Origin: Nanobdellota archaeon
GTDB taxonomy: Archaea > Nanobdellota > Nanobdellia > Parvarchaeales > Parvarchaeaceae
Length of the DNA stretch: 64,000 nt
Assembly (NCBI GenBank): GCA_021800365.1
Contig: JAJYZA010000001.1
Coordinates: 19,377-83,376, forward strand
Reading direction: 5' to 3'
Shown here: piece after piece, positions 18,557 through 28,326 of the stretch
How positions within the stretch are numbered: position 1 is the stretch's first letter
Layout: each line of letters begins with the position of its first letter
Made by a program: the position numbers and the translations under genes
The notes under the pieces: model-generated
Database searches by the model: none
Seen by the model: only the letters and a program-made list of their open reading frames with translations
What the model was told of the DNA's origin: nothing

Positions 18557-19710
18557 TTAATACGTTGGCCATGTATAAAACTTGCTATGGCTAATTGTGA
18601 TAAACTATCATTTATTATTTTGTCTAATCCGATTTTATTCTCGAATTCTTCCACCTTTATCTTAGATGCAGCTGTTAAAGGCTTCTTTGATACGAGCGAG
18701 CAACAATCCTTGTAGCTTTTTATTGACATTTCATAGGTACTATATAACTTTGCTTTTTCTATAATTTCTTCCTTGTTATGCGACAGGAGCGGCCTAAAAA
18801 TAGGTACGTTGAATCCATAGCTTATCGCATTTATGTTATCCAGAGTTTGTGATGCGACCTGAGAAAGCGAATCTCCTGTTGATAAACCTTTATAGTTATA
18901 TCTATAGCACATTTCTTCCGCGAGTTTCAAAAGAAATCTTTTGAAGAGGACCAATTCATAGCGCGGGTTTATTTCCGTCACCTTTAAATTAAAGAAGTGA
19001 AATGGTACCAAGTATAATCTAACCGGCTCTATAAGCGACAGCCTACTGGCTATCTCTGCTATCTTGCCACTTAAGGCGAGATTACTATCTGGCATAGCAT
19101 AAACGTGAAGGAGGTCTACTGAACAGCCGCGCTTCATCATCTCGATGGGTGCTACAGCAGAATCAATCCCGCCAGAGAAAAGAGAGATTATATTACCGGC
19201 GCTTCCAACAGGCATACCGCCAATAGCTTTTTCGATATTATAATTCACTATAAATTCTTTATTTGTAATTTCTATTCTAAGGCGATATCCGTCAGTAGAA
19301 AGTTTCAAACCCAAATCTTTTATTAATTTCTGCTTCACTTCGAGAGAGGTTCTTGGAAATGATTTATCTATTCTCCTTACGTCCAAATTAACTTTATTGC
19401 CGTGCCTAGAAACTAACTCTTTTAAGACTTTTATTAACATATCTGTGTCTCTGTCTATGAACATCGCCTTACTAACCCATGAGACACCGGGAGTAAGTTT
19501 GAGTAAATTAAGCGTATTCTCATCACTGTTTCCTAAAAATAGGCGGCCCTGAAGCGTACTGGCTAGATTACCTGTTTCATAGTCTATGTTTTTGCGCAGG
19601 ACGTCCTCAAATTTTGATCTTAATTTGCCTTTTAAGGCTATTTCATTATAGTGTATGCTTATCGCTTCTTTTTCCATGATCAGATATCCAACACCGCTTG
19701 TGCATGCCAC
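18553..19710 (-). CDS. thiI: tRNA 4-thiouridine sulfurtransferase ThiI (THUMP + PP-loop)
   Basis: PP-loop ISLFSGGIDSAVAP. N-terminal THUMP-like region. 385 aa. Confidence 0.8.
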   Translation of the reverse strand: MACTSGVGYLIMEKEAISIHYNEIALKGKLRSKFEDVLRKNIDYETGNLASTLQGRLFLGNSDENTLNLLKLTPGVSWVSKAMFIDRDTDMLIKVLKELVSRHGNKVNLDVRRIDKSFPRTSLEVKQKLIKDLGLKLSTDGYRLRIEITNKEFIVNYNIEKAIGGMPVGSAGNIISLFSGGIDSAVAPIEMMKRGCSVDLLHVYAMPDSNLALSGKIAEIASRLSLIEPVRLYLVPFHFFNLKVTEINPRYELVLFKRFLLKLAEEMCYRYNYKGLSTGDSLSQVASQTLDNINAISYGFNVPIFRPLLSHNKEEIIEKAKLYSTYEMSIKSYKDCCSLVSKKPLTAASKIKVEEFENKIGLDKIINDSLSQLAIASFIHGQRIN

Positions 19711-20111
19711 CCATTTCCTTTCTTCTCAACCTCAAGAAGATGCATAGTAACTGCTTTAACATCAACAATCAACTCGTGTTTCTTTGCGTTAAGCTTTTCC
19801 CCTTTCGCCTTACACGATACCACCCATTCGCCGTCTGTCTCCTTTATCACCAACTTAAATCCATTAAAAACAAGCCCTTCTACGTCCTTATAAAAAATAA
19901 GTTTCTCTAAGAAAGCAACAAAAAGAGACTCTAAGTTGCTCTCTCGGAGCGTGAATTCTACGGTCTTTACCTGTTTTATGTCCTTATAATTTCTTATCAT
20001 GCTATTCACTAATGCGTCCGCTGCTGATTTAAACAGCCCTTCTAAGGTGCCGCTATCGGCTTCAAATGCAATGTCCGAAATCGAAATATCATTAAGAAAT
20101 TTAAAGCCCAT
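19680..20111 (-). CDS. archease (RtcB cofactor)
   Basis: 143 aa. MGFKFLNDISISDIAFEADSGTLEGLFKSAADAL is the archease signature. Immediately upstream of rtcB. Confidence 0.75.
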   Translation of the reverse strand: MGFKFLNDISISDIAFEADSGTLEGLFKSAADALVNSMIRNYKDIKQVKTVEFTLRESNLESLFVAFLEKLIFYKDVEGLVFNGFKLVIKETDGEWVVSCKAKGEKLNAKKHELIVDVKAVTMHLLEVEKKGNGWHAQAVLDI

Positions 20112-20158
20112 ATCAATTAGCCGTATGTCCCTACCTATAAATAAGCTTGGTAATCTCT

Positions 20159-21616
20159 TTATTTAATGTTGCCTATAGGCGTAAACCTACAGACTCTTCT
20201 GGATAAATTTAACTGCTCAACGGAATCGACAACGTCCTCTATCGATTTGTACGCCTCTCCGCTTTCTTCTGCCAGACCGGCCCATGTGGCACTTCTTACA
20301 TAGATTCCGTTTGCAAGCATTTTTTGTACTAGCGCTTTTCCATTAAACTTCTCTCTGGCCTTCTTCCTGCTCATAACCCTACCACTTCCATGTGCAGTTG
20401 AATCAAATGTTTGTGAGGCACCTTCACTTCCAACCAACAGATAAGATCCAGTCTCCATGCTGCCGCCGATGATGACGGGTGAACCATCTTTTCTGTATAG
20501 CTTTGGAATTTCTGTCCTACCGGGAGGATAACTTCCTGTGCTTCCTTTTCTATGGACAAGCAACTCCTTCATTTCCCCGTCTACCTCATGTTTTTCAAGG
20601 CTGGCCCTATTGTGTGCTATATCGAATAACTGATGCATTCCTAAAGACTCCGGACTTTTATTAAACACTTCTGAGAAGACCTCTCTTATCTTTTGCAGAA
20701 TTATCTGCTTATTTGCAAAACTTATATTTACGCCACAGCCCATCGCTTTGTAGTATTCCTGTCCCTCTTTTGAATTAAAAGGTGCGCTTGCGAGTTCTTT
20801 ATCGGGAATCTTTATTCCATATTTTCTATTAGATTCTTTTAAAAACGTTTGTATATAATCACTAGCTATCTGGTGGCCTGCGCCCCTGCTTCCGCAATGC
20901 CACATTATTACAATCTGGTTAGAAAATAGCCCCCACTTTTTTGCAAGCCCCCCGTCATGCAACTCGTCTGGTTTTATATACTGGATTTCCAAATAGTGAT
21001 TCCCTGAGCCCAATGTACCCATTTGGCTTAAACCACGGGATATCGCAGTTTTTGAAATCTTTGAGCTGTCTGCCCAGTCAGCGATTCCACCAAGTTCTGT
21101 ACGTCCCAAGTCCTCTTTCCAGCCATAGCCTGCTTTGACGGCCCATTCAGCGCCACCATCCGCCAGCTTCTTGAATTCTGCTTCAGAAAACTTAGTCTTA
21201 CTTTTACTCCCCACCCCCGCGGGTATCTCCTTAAAGAGTCTATCGACAAGTGTCTTTATATGTGGTCTTACGTTCTTTAAGGTTAGATTAGTAACTATTA
21301 ATCTCATAGAACAATTTATGTCAAAGCCGACTATTCCCGGGGAAATTACACCTTCTTTATTTATATCAAACGCGGCCACGCCGCCTATTGGTGACCCATA
21401 TCCTGAATGGGCGTCTCCAAGTGCAAATGCATATTTTTGTATTCCGGGAAGGGTTGCTACGTTTGAGATTTGGTCAAAAACCTGTAAATCCATCTCTTTA
21501 AACAGTTTCTCTGTGGCATAAATTCTAGCAGGTACGCGCATACCATCCTTAAATGTTTTTGGAATCTCCCAAATTGTATCTGATACTCTTGTAAAAGTTG
21601 GTTTTTTAAATTCCAT
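20159..21616 (-). CDS. rtcB: RNA-splicing ligase RtcB
   Basis: 485 aa. Conserved RtcB blocks GMHQLFDIAHNRA, HRKGSTG and TAHGSGRVMSR. Confidence 0.9.
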   Translation of the reverse strand: MEFKKPTFTRVSDTIWEIPKTFKDGMRVPARIYATEKLFKEMDLQVFDQISNVATLPGIQKYAFALGDAHSGYGSPIGGVAAFDINKEGVISPGIVGFDINCSMRLIVTNLTLKNVRPHIKTLVDRLFKEIPAGVGSKSKTKFSEAEFKKLADGGAEWAVKAGYGWKEDLGRTELGGIADWADSSKISKTAISRGLSQMGTLGSGNHYLEIQYIKPDELHDGGLAKKWGLFSNQIVIMWHCGSRGAGHQIASDYIQTFLKESNRKYGIKIPDKELASAPFNSKEGQEYYKAMGCGVNISFANKQIILQKIREVFSEVFNKSPESLGMHQLFDIAHNRASLEKHEVDGEMKELLVHRKGSTGSYPPGRTEIPKLYRKDGSPVIIGGSMETGSYLLVGSEGASQTFDSTAHGSGRVMSRKKAREKFNGKALVQKMLANGIYVRSATWAGLAEESGEAYKSIEDVVDSVEQLNLSRRVCRFTPIGNIK

Positions 21617-21619
21617 ATC

Positions 21620-22384
21620 TTAAGACATATCATTATACCCGACAAGCACTGGTTTATTGTCTTTTGTCTGTTTTACTTTCTTTTTTATTTTTTCTAATAT
21701 GTCCTTTTTTTCCATTGATTTTGAACATAATATGATCATATTTCCAGAGGTAAATGGATTGTTTATTGTATAAGTTTTAAAATACCTTCTTAAGGATTTT
21801 AAGTAGTGTTCTAAATAAACCAACGCGCTTAAGTTTAATGCATAATTTATTGCTAAAACGCCTTCGCTCTTCAATGCCGAATGCGCTGCTGATATAAATT
21901 CATCTTCAAAAAATGGCTGAGGGATGTGGTCTCCTTCATAAGCATCCAGTATAATTATGTCGTAAAAATCATGCCTTGTCTTTATATATTTAACGCCATC
22001 ATCTACAATTATACTTACCTTATCTAATTTAACGGGTAAAAAATATTTTGCCGCTTCAACCATCTTTCTACTTATCTCGACGATATCAATAGTTACTTTC
22101 TTACCAAAAATCTTCTTTAATTGAAATGCTACGGTTCCGCCGCCCAATCCTATCATTAAAATGCGAGGATTATTAAATAATGCCGGTAATGGTGTAAAAT
22201 AATCCCAGTATGAACCGGTGTAAATAGACTTTTTATTAAGACGAGAGTAAACTACATTATTTAATTTTAAAGCCCTCTCTTCGCCATAGTCTATAACAGA
22301 AATTGTGTCGTCGTTATCTTTCACCGAATATATCTCTTCTTCATGCCTGAAACTTCTAAATAGCCTATTTAAGATTTCTATCAT
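21620..22384 (-). CDS. spermidine-synthase-like aminopropyltransferase fold protein
   Basis: LMIGLGGGTVAFQL (GGGDG-like) and IIILDAY motifs. Class I methyltransferase-like fold as in SpeE. Confidence 0.45.
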   Translation of the reverse strand: MIEILNRLFRSFRHEEEIYSVKDNDDTISVIDYGEERALKLNNVVYSRLNKKSIYTGSYWDYFTPLPALFNNPRILMIGLGGGTVAFQLKKIFGKKVTIDIVEISRKMVEAAKYFLPVKLDKVSIIVDDGVKYIKTRHDFYDIIILDAYEGDHIPQPFFEDEFISAAHSALKSEGVLAINYALNLSALVYLEHYLKSLRRYFKTYTINNPFTSGNMIILCSKSMEKKDILEKIKKKVKQTKDNKPVLVGYNDMS

Positions 22385-22385
22385 A

Positions 22386-24686
22386 TTATTTTATGGTACT
22401 TGGCCACCAATTATATCTAGATAATAGGAACATAAAAGAAGGAATTATAAATAGTATCGAGAGGAAGGTATCTAGAAGAATACCTATTCCTACCATAAAA
22501 CCTATTTCCGCTATAAGAGGTATCCCTGAAGCTGCCAACCCGAAGAATACGGATGCTAATATGGCGCCAAGGCTGAGTATAATTGGACCACTTCTTGAAA
22601 GACCTGATTTTACCGCCTTTATATTAGTCTCCCCTTTTTTTACGTGCTCTCTTATGCGCATTACTAGAAAGATGTCATAGTCTACGCCGACGCCCATTAT
22701 GTTAGTTATTAAGAATACCTGAGCAAAAATTATAAAAGGCAATGACAAAAGAACGTAGAATATAAATATTGTCGCTGCGTTCGCGATTGCGAGTATTGCA
22801 ATGAGTAAAAGCACCAATCTCAATGGAGTAATTAGTGAGAAAAGTATAATAAATAGAATTGCAAATATGACAATGCCAAGTATGGTTATAAGCGGAAAAA
22901 TATCCCCCGATATTGCATTATACGAGCCAGCAAGAAATGTAGTTACGCCGCCCAAGGAATAAGGCTGACCGGTTGCCGTTAAATATGCAACCAAATTGTT
23001 ATACGTGTATATGGCGGGCCTACTAAAGGCTAAACTATTCAAATAAATGTTATAGCTAGTTCCGGACCCATCCGATGGAAACACATAATGAATTCCTGGA
23101 ATGGATTTTATATTATTTATCAATGTAGAAATTCGTGTTGTACTCATCGAACTGTTTAAAAAAACTAGACTTATCGGATTGATTACATCATAGCCAAAAG
23201 AATTCTCAGCCGAGTAAAATGCACTTTTTGTTTGGGAAGAAGGTAATAAACCAAGGATATTAAAACCTGGCGTTATCGTTATGAAAATGTAAAAAAATAT
23301 AACCGATAATATTATGAAAATTGCGATTAATTTACCCGCATTCCTACGATCAAATTCGCCTATTTTATCAAATATTCTACCCGCCACGGTACTGTTATTA
23401 TGTTTAGACGAAACGAACTTGTCGCCAGCGAGATGTAGTAACGCCGGTAAAAATGTGAGTGCAGAAGATAGAACTACCCCTATACCCAAGGCATTCAAAA
23501 TGCCGGAACCGCCTATAAATGGCAGATTAAAAAAAGCGAGAACTGTATATGCACTTATAACTGTAAGGCCGCTGACAAGAACTGCCGTACCTGCCCAACC
23601 CAATGCTAGGCTAGCCGACCGTTTCTGTGTTTTTCCGAGTAGCTTCTCCTGCTTATACCGATAAAGTATATAAATTATATAGTCTGTACACAGCCCAAGC
23701 ATTAGTATTGAAGTTAGAACTGGATCAAAAAATGAAATGGATGAATCTAGTATAAAATGGAATATAATATAAAACAAAGAATATGCGATTACTAAATCTA
23801 TAATGAACATAACAAGCGGCATAAAGGCAGCTATTGGAGATTTAAAGATAAAACCTGTGATAAGGATAGCGATTAGAATCCCTGCAAGTATGGCTATTAA
23901 TGTACCAGATAATGTACTAGCTTCTAAAGAGTTCTCTAGCGGAGATGCGCCAGCGATAAATACACTCTGGCCATAATTTGCTGCTAGAGAAGTTATGGCT
24001 GCGGATGCATTGGAATAGTTTGAAACTCTCATAATCGCTATTGAGGTATTATGCGCGGAATTAACAAACTGTGCTAATGTAGCATTTGATAATGTTATCG
24101 GATAATCAGTAAAAATATAATTATTGTATATGTTTGCCGGGGTAGAATTTTCATATCCACGTATGACTCCGTTAACAAAAGAAAAAAGTGATGCACCTGG
24201 CAAAAGTTCTCCATGCGAAAGCAGTGGAATGGAGACCGATAGATTATTAAAAAGCTTGTATGCGATATCTGTTAAAATCGTATTGTTTAAGGGTTTGCCT
24301 GCGCCTAATTTTAGGTAATAGGTCTCTGCATTTACAGAATATGAATAGATTATCCCGTATATCTTGTACAATGAGGCATTTTCAATCGAATAAAGTGACG
24401 TAACGTTTGCAGAAGGAAATTCTAAACTTAATTTTGTAAAAAATGTTTTTGACAGATTTGAGTAAATATTATTGTTTTGCACGATCAGGGCTATTGTATT
24501 ATCAGCGCTATTGGCAGATGCTGTGCTGCCGTTTGATATTGAATTCCCAGTTATGTTATAAGAAACTACTGAGAAGAAATATGATGCAAATGGAATTGAT
24601 ACAAAGAAAATTGAAACCCAGACGATTATTATGATTTTTTTATGGTTACTTAGCCAGTTATCATATTTTTCTATATTTAGTCGCAT
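22386..24686 (-). CDS. RND-superfamily/MMPL-type membrane exporter
   Basis: 766 aa. Two bundles of about 6 transmembrane helices, each preceded by a large extracytoplasmic domain with many N-x-S/T sequons. Confidence 0.5.
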   Translation of the reverse strand: MRLNIEKYDNWLSNHKKIIIIVWVSIFFVSIPFASYFFSVVSYNITGNSISNGSTASANSADNTIALIVQNNNIYSNLSKTFFTKLSLEFPSANVTSLYSIENASLYKIYGIIYSYSVNAETYYLKLGAGKPLNNTILTDIAYKLFNNLSVSIPLLSHGELLPGASLFSFVNGVIRGYENSTPANIYNNYIFTDYPITLSNATLAQFVNSAHNTSIAIMRVSNYSNASAAITSLAANYGQSVFIAGASPLENSLEASTLSGTLIAILAGILIAILITGFIFKSPIAAFMPLVMFIIDLVIAYSLFYIIFHFILDSSISFFDPVLTSILMLGLCTDYIIYILYRYKQEKLLGKTQKRSASLALGWAGTAVLVSGLTVISAYTVLAFFNLPFIGGSGILNALGIGVVLSSALTFLPALLHLAGDKFVSSKHNNSTVAGRIFDKIGEFDRRNAGKLIAIFIILSVIFFYIFITITPGFNILGLLPSSQTKSAFYSAENSFGYDVINPISLVFLNSSMSTTRISTLINNIKSIPGIHYVFPSDGSGTSYNIYLNSLAFSRPAIYTYNNLVAYLTATGQPYSLGGVTTFLAGSYNAISGDIFPLITILGIVIFAILFIILFSLITPLRLVLLLIAILAIANAATIFIFYVLLSLPFIIFAQVFLITNIMGVGVDYDIFLVMRIREHVKKGETNIKAVKSGLSRSGPIILSLGAILASVFFGLAASGIPLIAEIGFMVGIGILLDTFLSILFIIPSFMFLLSRYNWWPSTIK

Positions 24687-24734
24687 AAGTAATTGCTAAT
24701 ACCAGCTAATAATCCGTTATTTATAAACTTACTA

Positions 24735-25112
24735 TTATATCTTTCTTAAACTAACTTGACAATCCTGACCGGGCCGATTAACCACTACGGCGTTACCCGC
24801 GGAAGTTTCTATGACACAACCTTTAGTTATTATATTTCGCCTTGCGTACGCTCTATTTGATTTATTTTCAATAACTTTTATAAGTGTAACTTTGCTATTT
24901 GTTTTAGATTTTGAATCAAAGAGATTGCCTACATTCGTTCTTAATAGTCGAAATTTTCTATGCCCACCAACAGTTCTTATTTCTCTACCTGCATTTTCAC
25001 CAATCTGTAGTGGAACCTCCAAATCGACCAATTCGCTCTTACGCTTGTCTTTGCGTTTACCCTTAAATCCGCCGCCTTTTTTCTTTAAAGTAGATGCAGT
25101 ACTTTTTGACAT
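24735..25112 (-). CDS. rps8e: 30S ribosomal protein S8e
   Basis: VGGHRKFRLLR, NRAYARRNIITKGCVIETSAG and RPGQDC match conserved S8e blocks. Confidence 0.8.
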   Translation of the reverse strand: MSKSTASTLKKKGGGFKGKRKDKRKSELVDLEVPLQIGENAGREIRTVGGHRKFRLLRTNVGNLFDSKSKTNSKVTLIKVIENKSNRAYARRNIITKGCVIETSAGNAVVVNRPGQDCQVSLRKI

Positions 25113-25210
25113 ATCTTTATCTTATAATTAAATTAATATATAAACCTTTTATGGTATAAAATTTCGCATTTTAAACATCTTGTTCTAAATTTTGCAGCAA
25201 TTTCGTCGGT

Positions 25211-25837
25211 TCAGGGAATATCCGAAGCTAAAAGTGGAGCCAGAGAGTTTTCTCCTATCACATCTCCCAATACCAATAAATAAATTACTATGTTGTCTTT
25301 TACCCCAATGACCAGTGTAACATTTAAAAACGCATTCGTTGTAGCCATGTATGAATAAATAAGACCATTTGAACTACTATTTATATTTGAAAACCTAACA
25401 AAATCTCTTGTCAAATTTTGTAGCATGTATGCATATAGTCCTGTCGGATTTGAGGACTCAAAAGCCACTTCTATTGCAGTCGCGGTGCGATTGGCCGAGC
25501 GGATGGTGTAATTATATCCCATCCCCCATACGCCAGTTAGACTATTCAAATATTTTACTGGCAGGTTTAAGGTTCCATTAAAAAATTTGATCGAAGAACC
25601 CATGCCGCCAACTTCTTTGTATATTCCACCTGCGCCAAAAAGTAAATTTGCCTGGCTTTGCGTTATTAGTGAAGTACCTGCACCAGTACTTGTGTTCAAT
25701 CCTCCGCCACTAGTCATGGTCTTATTGGGCGCTTTTGAACTAGGTAATCCGATTAGAAGGACAACAATTATAACGACTACTGCAATCCCTATTAAAATTC
25801 CAATTAAAGTTTGGCTGTTTAAGACCTTTTTCATCAT
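25211..25837 (-). CDS. hypothetical secreted/anchored protein
   Basis: N-terminal hydrophobic signal or anchor, Gly/Thr/Ser-rich, several N-glycosylation sequons. Confidence 0.3.
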   Translation of the reverse strand: MMKKVLNSQTLIGILIGIAVVVIIVVLLIGLPSSKAPNKTMTSGGGLNTSTGAGTSLITQSQANLLFGAGGIYKEVGGMGSSIKFFNGTLNLPVKYLNSLTGVWGMGYNYTIRSANRTATAIEVAFESSNPTGLYAYMLQNLTRDFVRFSNINSSSNGLIYSYMATTNAFLNVTLVIGVKDNIVIYLLVLGDVIGENSLAPLLASDIP

Positions 25838-25864
25838 AAAACTATGCTCACACGTTTTTAATAG

Positions 25865-26527
25865 TTAATCTTCTATAGATTTTAGTATAACTACTTTTAG
25901 TTTACCTACAAGGAGACTCTCAAATTTTTTAGCATCTGCTATAGTGCCTATTCCTGAACCATAATGGGCGGGTATAGTCAAATCCGCCCTTATTTCCAAT
26001 GCCGCCATTGCTGCTTCCTCTGGCGTCATAACATAAGTGCCGCTTACGGGTAGAAAAGCTATATCTACCTTAACTTCCTTCATTTCGTCTATAAAGTCTG
26101 TATCGCCGCCTATGTAAAGGTGTACTGAATCAATTATAAACACGTAACCAACGTTACCCTTATCTCGTGGATGAAATACTTCCCCCCTCGTTCTAAATTT
26201 ATTTATATTATAAGATGGAATAGTCTTTATTGTTATCCCTCCTATTATCTTGACTTCATTTGTTTCTACAAATAATTTATTTGCGGCTATTGATGAAAGT
26301 TTTTCCTCGCAGTCTTTGGGCGCTACGATAACAGTTTTTGTATTTATTATTTTATTTAGGCTTTCTAACTCTAAATGGTCATAGTGATCGTGTGTTATTA
26401 GAACTATATCGGCATCATTGTATTTCTTACTTACTTTATATGGATCGGTATATACTACCTTATTTTTATTAGCGATTCTAAAGCAGTTATGATGTAACCA
26501 ATCTATTTTTATTCCATGGTACTCCAT
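25865..26527 (-). CDS. metallo-beta-lactamase fold hydrolase
   Basis: VLITHDHYDHLE (HxHxDH) motif, 220 aa. Confidence 0.65.
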   Translation of the reverse strand: MEYHGIKIDWLHHNCFRIANKNKVVYTDPYKVSKKYNDADIVLITHDHYDHLELESLNKIINTKTVIVAPKDCEEKLSSIAANKLFVETNEVKIIGGITIKTIPSYNINKFRTRGEVFHPRDKGNVGYVFIIDSVHLYIGGDTDFIDEMKEVKVDIAFLPVSGTYVMTPEEAAMAALEIRADLTIPAHYGSGIGTIADAKKFESLLVGKLKVVILKSIED

Positions 26528-26628
26528 ATATCATTAATATGATTTATTGATTATAAAGTTATGGAGGAATAATAGTTTAATAAAAACCTCAGATATTCAT
26601 TTTTATATTCCGAATTATAAATAATTAG

Positions 26629-27150
26629 ATGATACTTGGAAACAGGGACATAAAGAAATACTTAGAGGAAGGAAAACTGGTTATATCGCCGCTTACAGAG
26701 GACACAATCAGAGAAAACGGCGTCGATTTAAGAGTCGGAGACGAGATACTTCGATTTAAGCCGACCACAAATCCAATTGATATAAATGATACGGATATGA
26801 TTAAGAGAAGTTATTTGCATGAAAAGGTCGTTGATTCGTTCGTGCTAAATCCGAATGAGAGGGTGCTTATAAAAATAAAGGAGAGTATAAAAATGCCTAA
26901 TAATGTTATTGGATTCTCAAATGTTAGATCTACATTTGCCCGTCTCGGAATTTTTATGCCACCTACGATTGTAGATGCCGGGTTTGAGGGCGATCTCACT
27001 ATACTAATTATTGGCGGAGATATTCCTATAAAAATCGCGCCTGATACAAGACTGTTGTATTTGGTATTTTCCACTACAAAAAGTGAAGTTACAAAACCAT
27101 ATCGCGGAAAATACTATAAAAGCAAAGGTATAACCCACGCAAAGATATAA
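26629..27150 (+). CDS. dcd: dCTP deaminase
   Basis: MILGNRDIKKYLEEGKLVISPLTEDTIRENGVDLRVG is the canonical dCTP deaminase/dUTPase-family N-terminus. 173 aa. Confidence 0.8.
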   Translation: MILGNRDIKKYLEEGKLVISPLTEDTIRENGVDLRVGDEILRFKPTTNPIDINDTDMIKRSYLHEKVVDSFVLNPNERVLIKIKESIKMPNNVIGFSNVRSTFARLGIFMPPTIVDAGFEGDLTILIIGGDIPIKIAPDTRLLYLVFSTTKSEVTKPYRGKYYKSKGITHAKI

Positions 27151-27174
27151 ATCCAGACATCTTGAATAATATCT

Positions 27175-27291
27175 ATGAAAAGAAGTTCAAAAAACTGGAA
27201 GAAATACCATAAAGACCGTTGGAAGACGCGGAAAAAGAAAATGCTTGAGAGAAAAAGAAAGCGCAGGCTACTAAGAGAAAGAAGTGCTTAG
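27175..27291 (+). CDS. rpl41e: probable ribosomal protein L41e-like micro-ORF (38 aa, highly basic)
   Basis: MKRSSKNWKKYHKDRWKTRKKKMLERKRKRRLLRERSA. It is shorter than the 60-aa cutoff of the ORF track. Its composition and the W..RKKKM..RKRKRR pattern resemble archaeal L41e. Confidence 0.4.
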   Translation: MKRSSKNWKKYHKDRWKTRKKKMLERKRKRRLLRERSA

Positions 27292-27389
27292 GTCTTTGAT
27301 AGTGGCATTAAGCAATCCATAATTAAATTAGGGATTTATGTGCACTTTGTTCCACCAGAGATTATTTATTCTGTACATTCCTTGAATCC

Positions 27390-27516
27390 TTAAGTTAATG
27401 CGGGGATAGCGAAGTCTGGCCCAACGTGCAGGACTTAAGTCCTTGTCTTTATTGTGGAGAATAAGTCCATAAGATAAGATATCCTGTGGCTTAGCGCCCT
27501 CGTGGGTTCAAATCCC
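27390..27516 (+). tRNA. tRNA-Leu(UAA) with about 43-nt intron
   Basis: GCGGGGA acceptor, anticodon stem CAGGA...TCCTG separated by 50 nt. Loop CTTAAG|intron|A gives anticodon UAA. Long variable arm GGC-TTAGC-GCC, T-arm GTGGG-TTCAAAT-CCCAC, discriminator A. Confidence 0.7.
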
Positions 27517-27591
27517 ACTCCCCGCAGTTTTGTTTATATTAATTATTAGAGAAGGCCTGCTAAGATGATAAAAATCAATTAAGATACGAAC

Positions 27592-27600
27592 ATATATAAA
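27592..27600 (+). promoter_or_regulatory. TATA box (ATATATAAA) for the ferredoxin gene
   Basis: A/T box 22-30 nt upstream of the ATG at 27622, consistent with a leaderless archaeal promoter. Confidence 0.45.
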
Positions 27601-27603
27601 TGA

Positions 27604-27936
<333 letters not shown>

Positions 27937-27940
27937 AGAT

Positions 27941-28168
27941 ATGGATCGAGAAAATGTATTCGTAGGTCTGCCTTATCTCTTTAAAATGCTTTATGAAGAA
28001 TTAAAAAGGAATACGCCTAGATTTGAAGAACAGCATGAGCAGATGAAGCGACTTGCAGAAAATAGCCCAAAACACTTGGGAGAATTAAAAACTAGATTAA
28101 CAAAAATGCAAGAAGAGATAACTATACTTTTTAAGGATCTTTCACAATCCGCACCAAAGAAACTGTAA
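27941..28168 (+). CDS. hypothetical small helical protein
   Basis: 75 aa, charged and coiled-coil-like, directly downstream of the ferredoxin gene. Confidence 0.25.
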   Translation: MDRENVFVGLPYLFKMLYEELKRNTPRFEEQHEQMKRLAENSPKHLGELKTRLTKMQEEITILFKDLSQSAPKKL

Positions 28169-28237
28169 TTTTAATACAGCCGGCTTGGACTTCAGCTTTC
28201 TAATTATTATAAAGTTTATAAAGTTTAATATGCTTAT

Positions 28238-28320
28238 GCAGGGGTAGCGAAGCGGTCAAACGTGTCGGCCTCAAGAGCCGATGGCTTAGGCCTTCGAGGG
28301 TTCGAATCCCTCTCCCTGCA
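28238..28320 (+). tRNA. tRNA-Leu(CAA)
   Basis: GCAGGGG-TA-GCG-AAGCGGTCAAA-CGT-G-TCGGC-CTCAAGA-GCCGA, variable arm TGGCTTAGGCCTTC, GAGGG-TTCGAAT-CCCTC, acceptor TCCCTGC, discriminator A. Confidence 0.85.
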
Positions 28321-28326
28321 GTTAAT

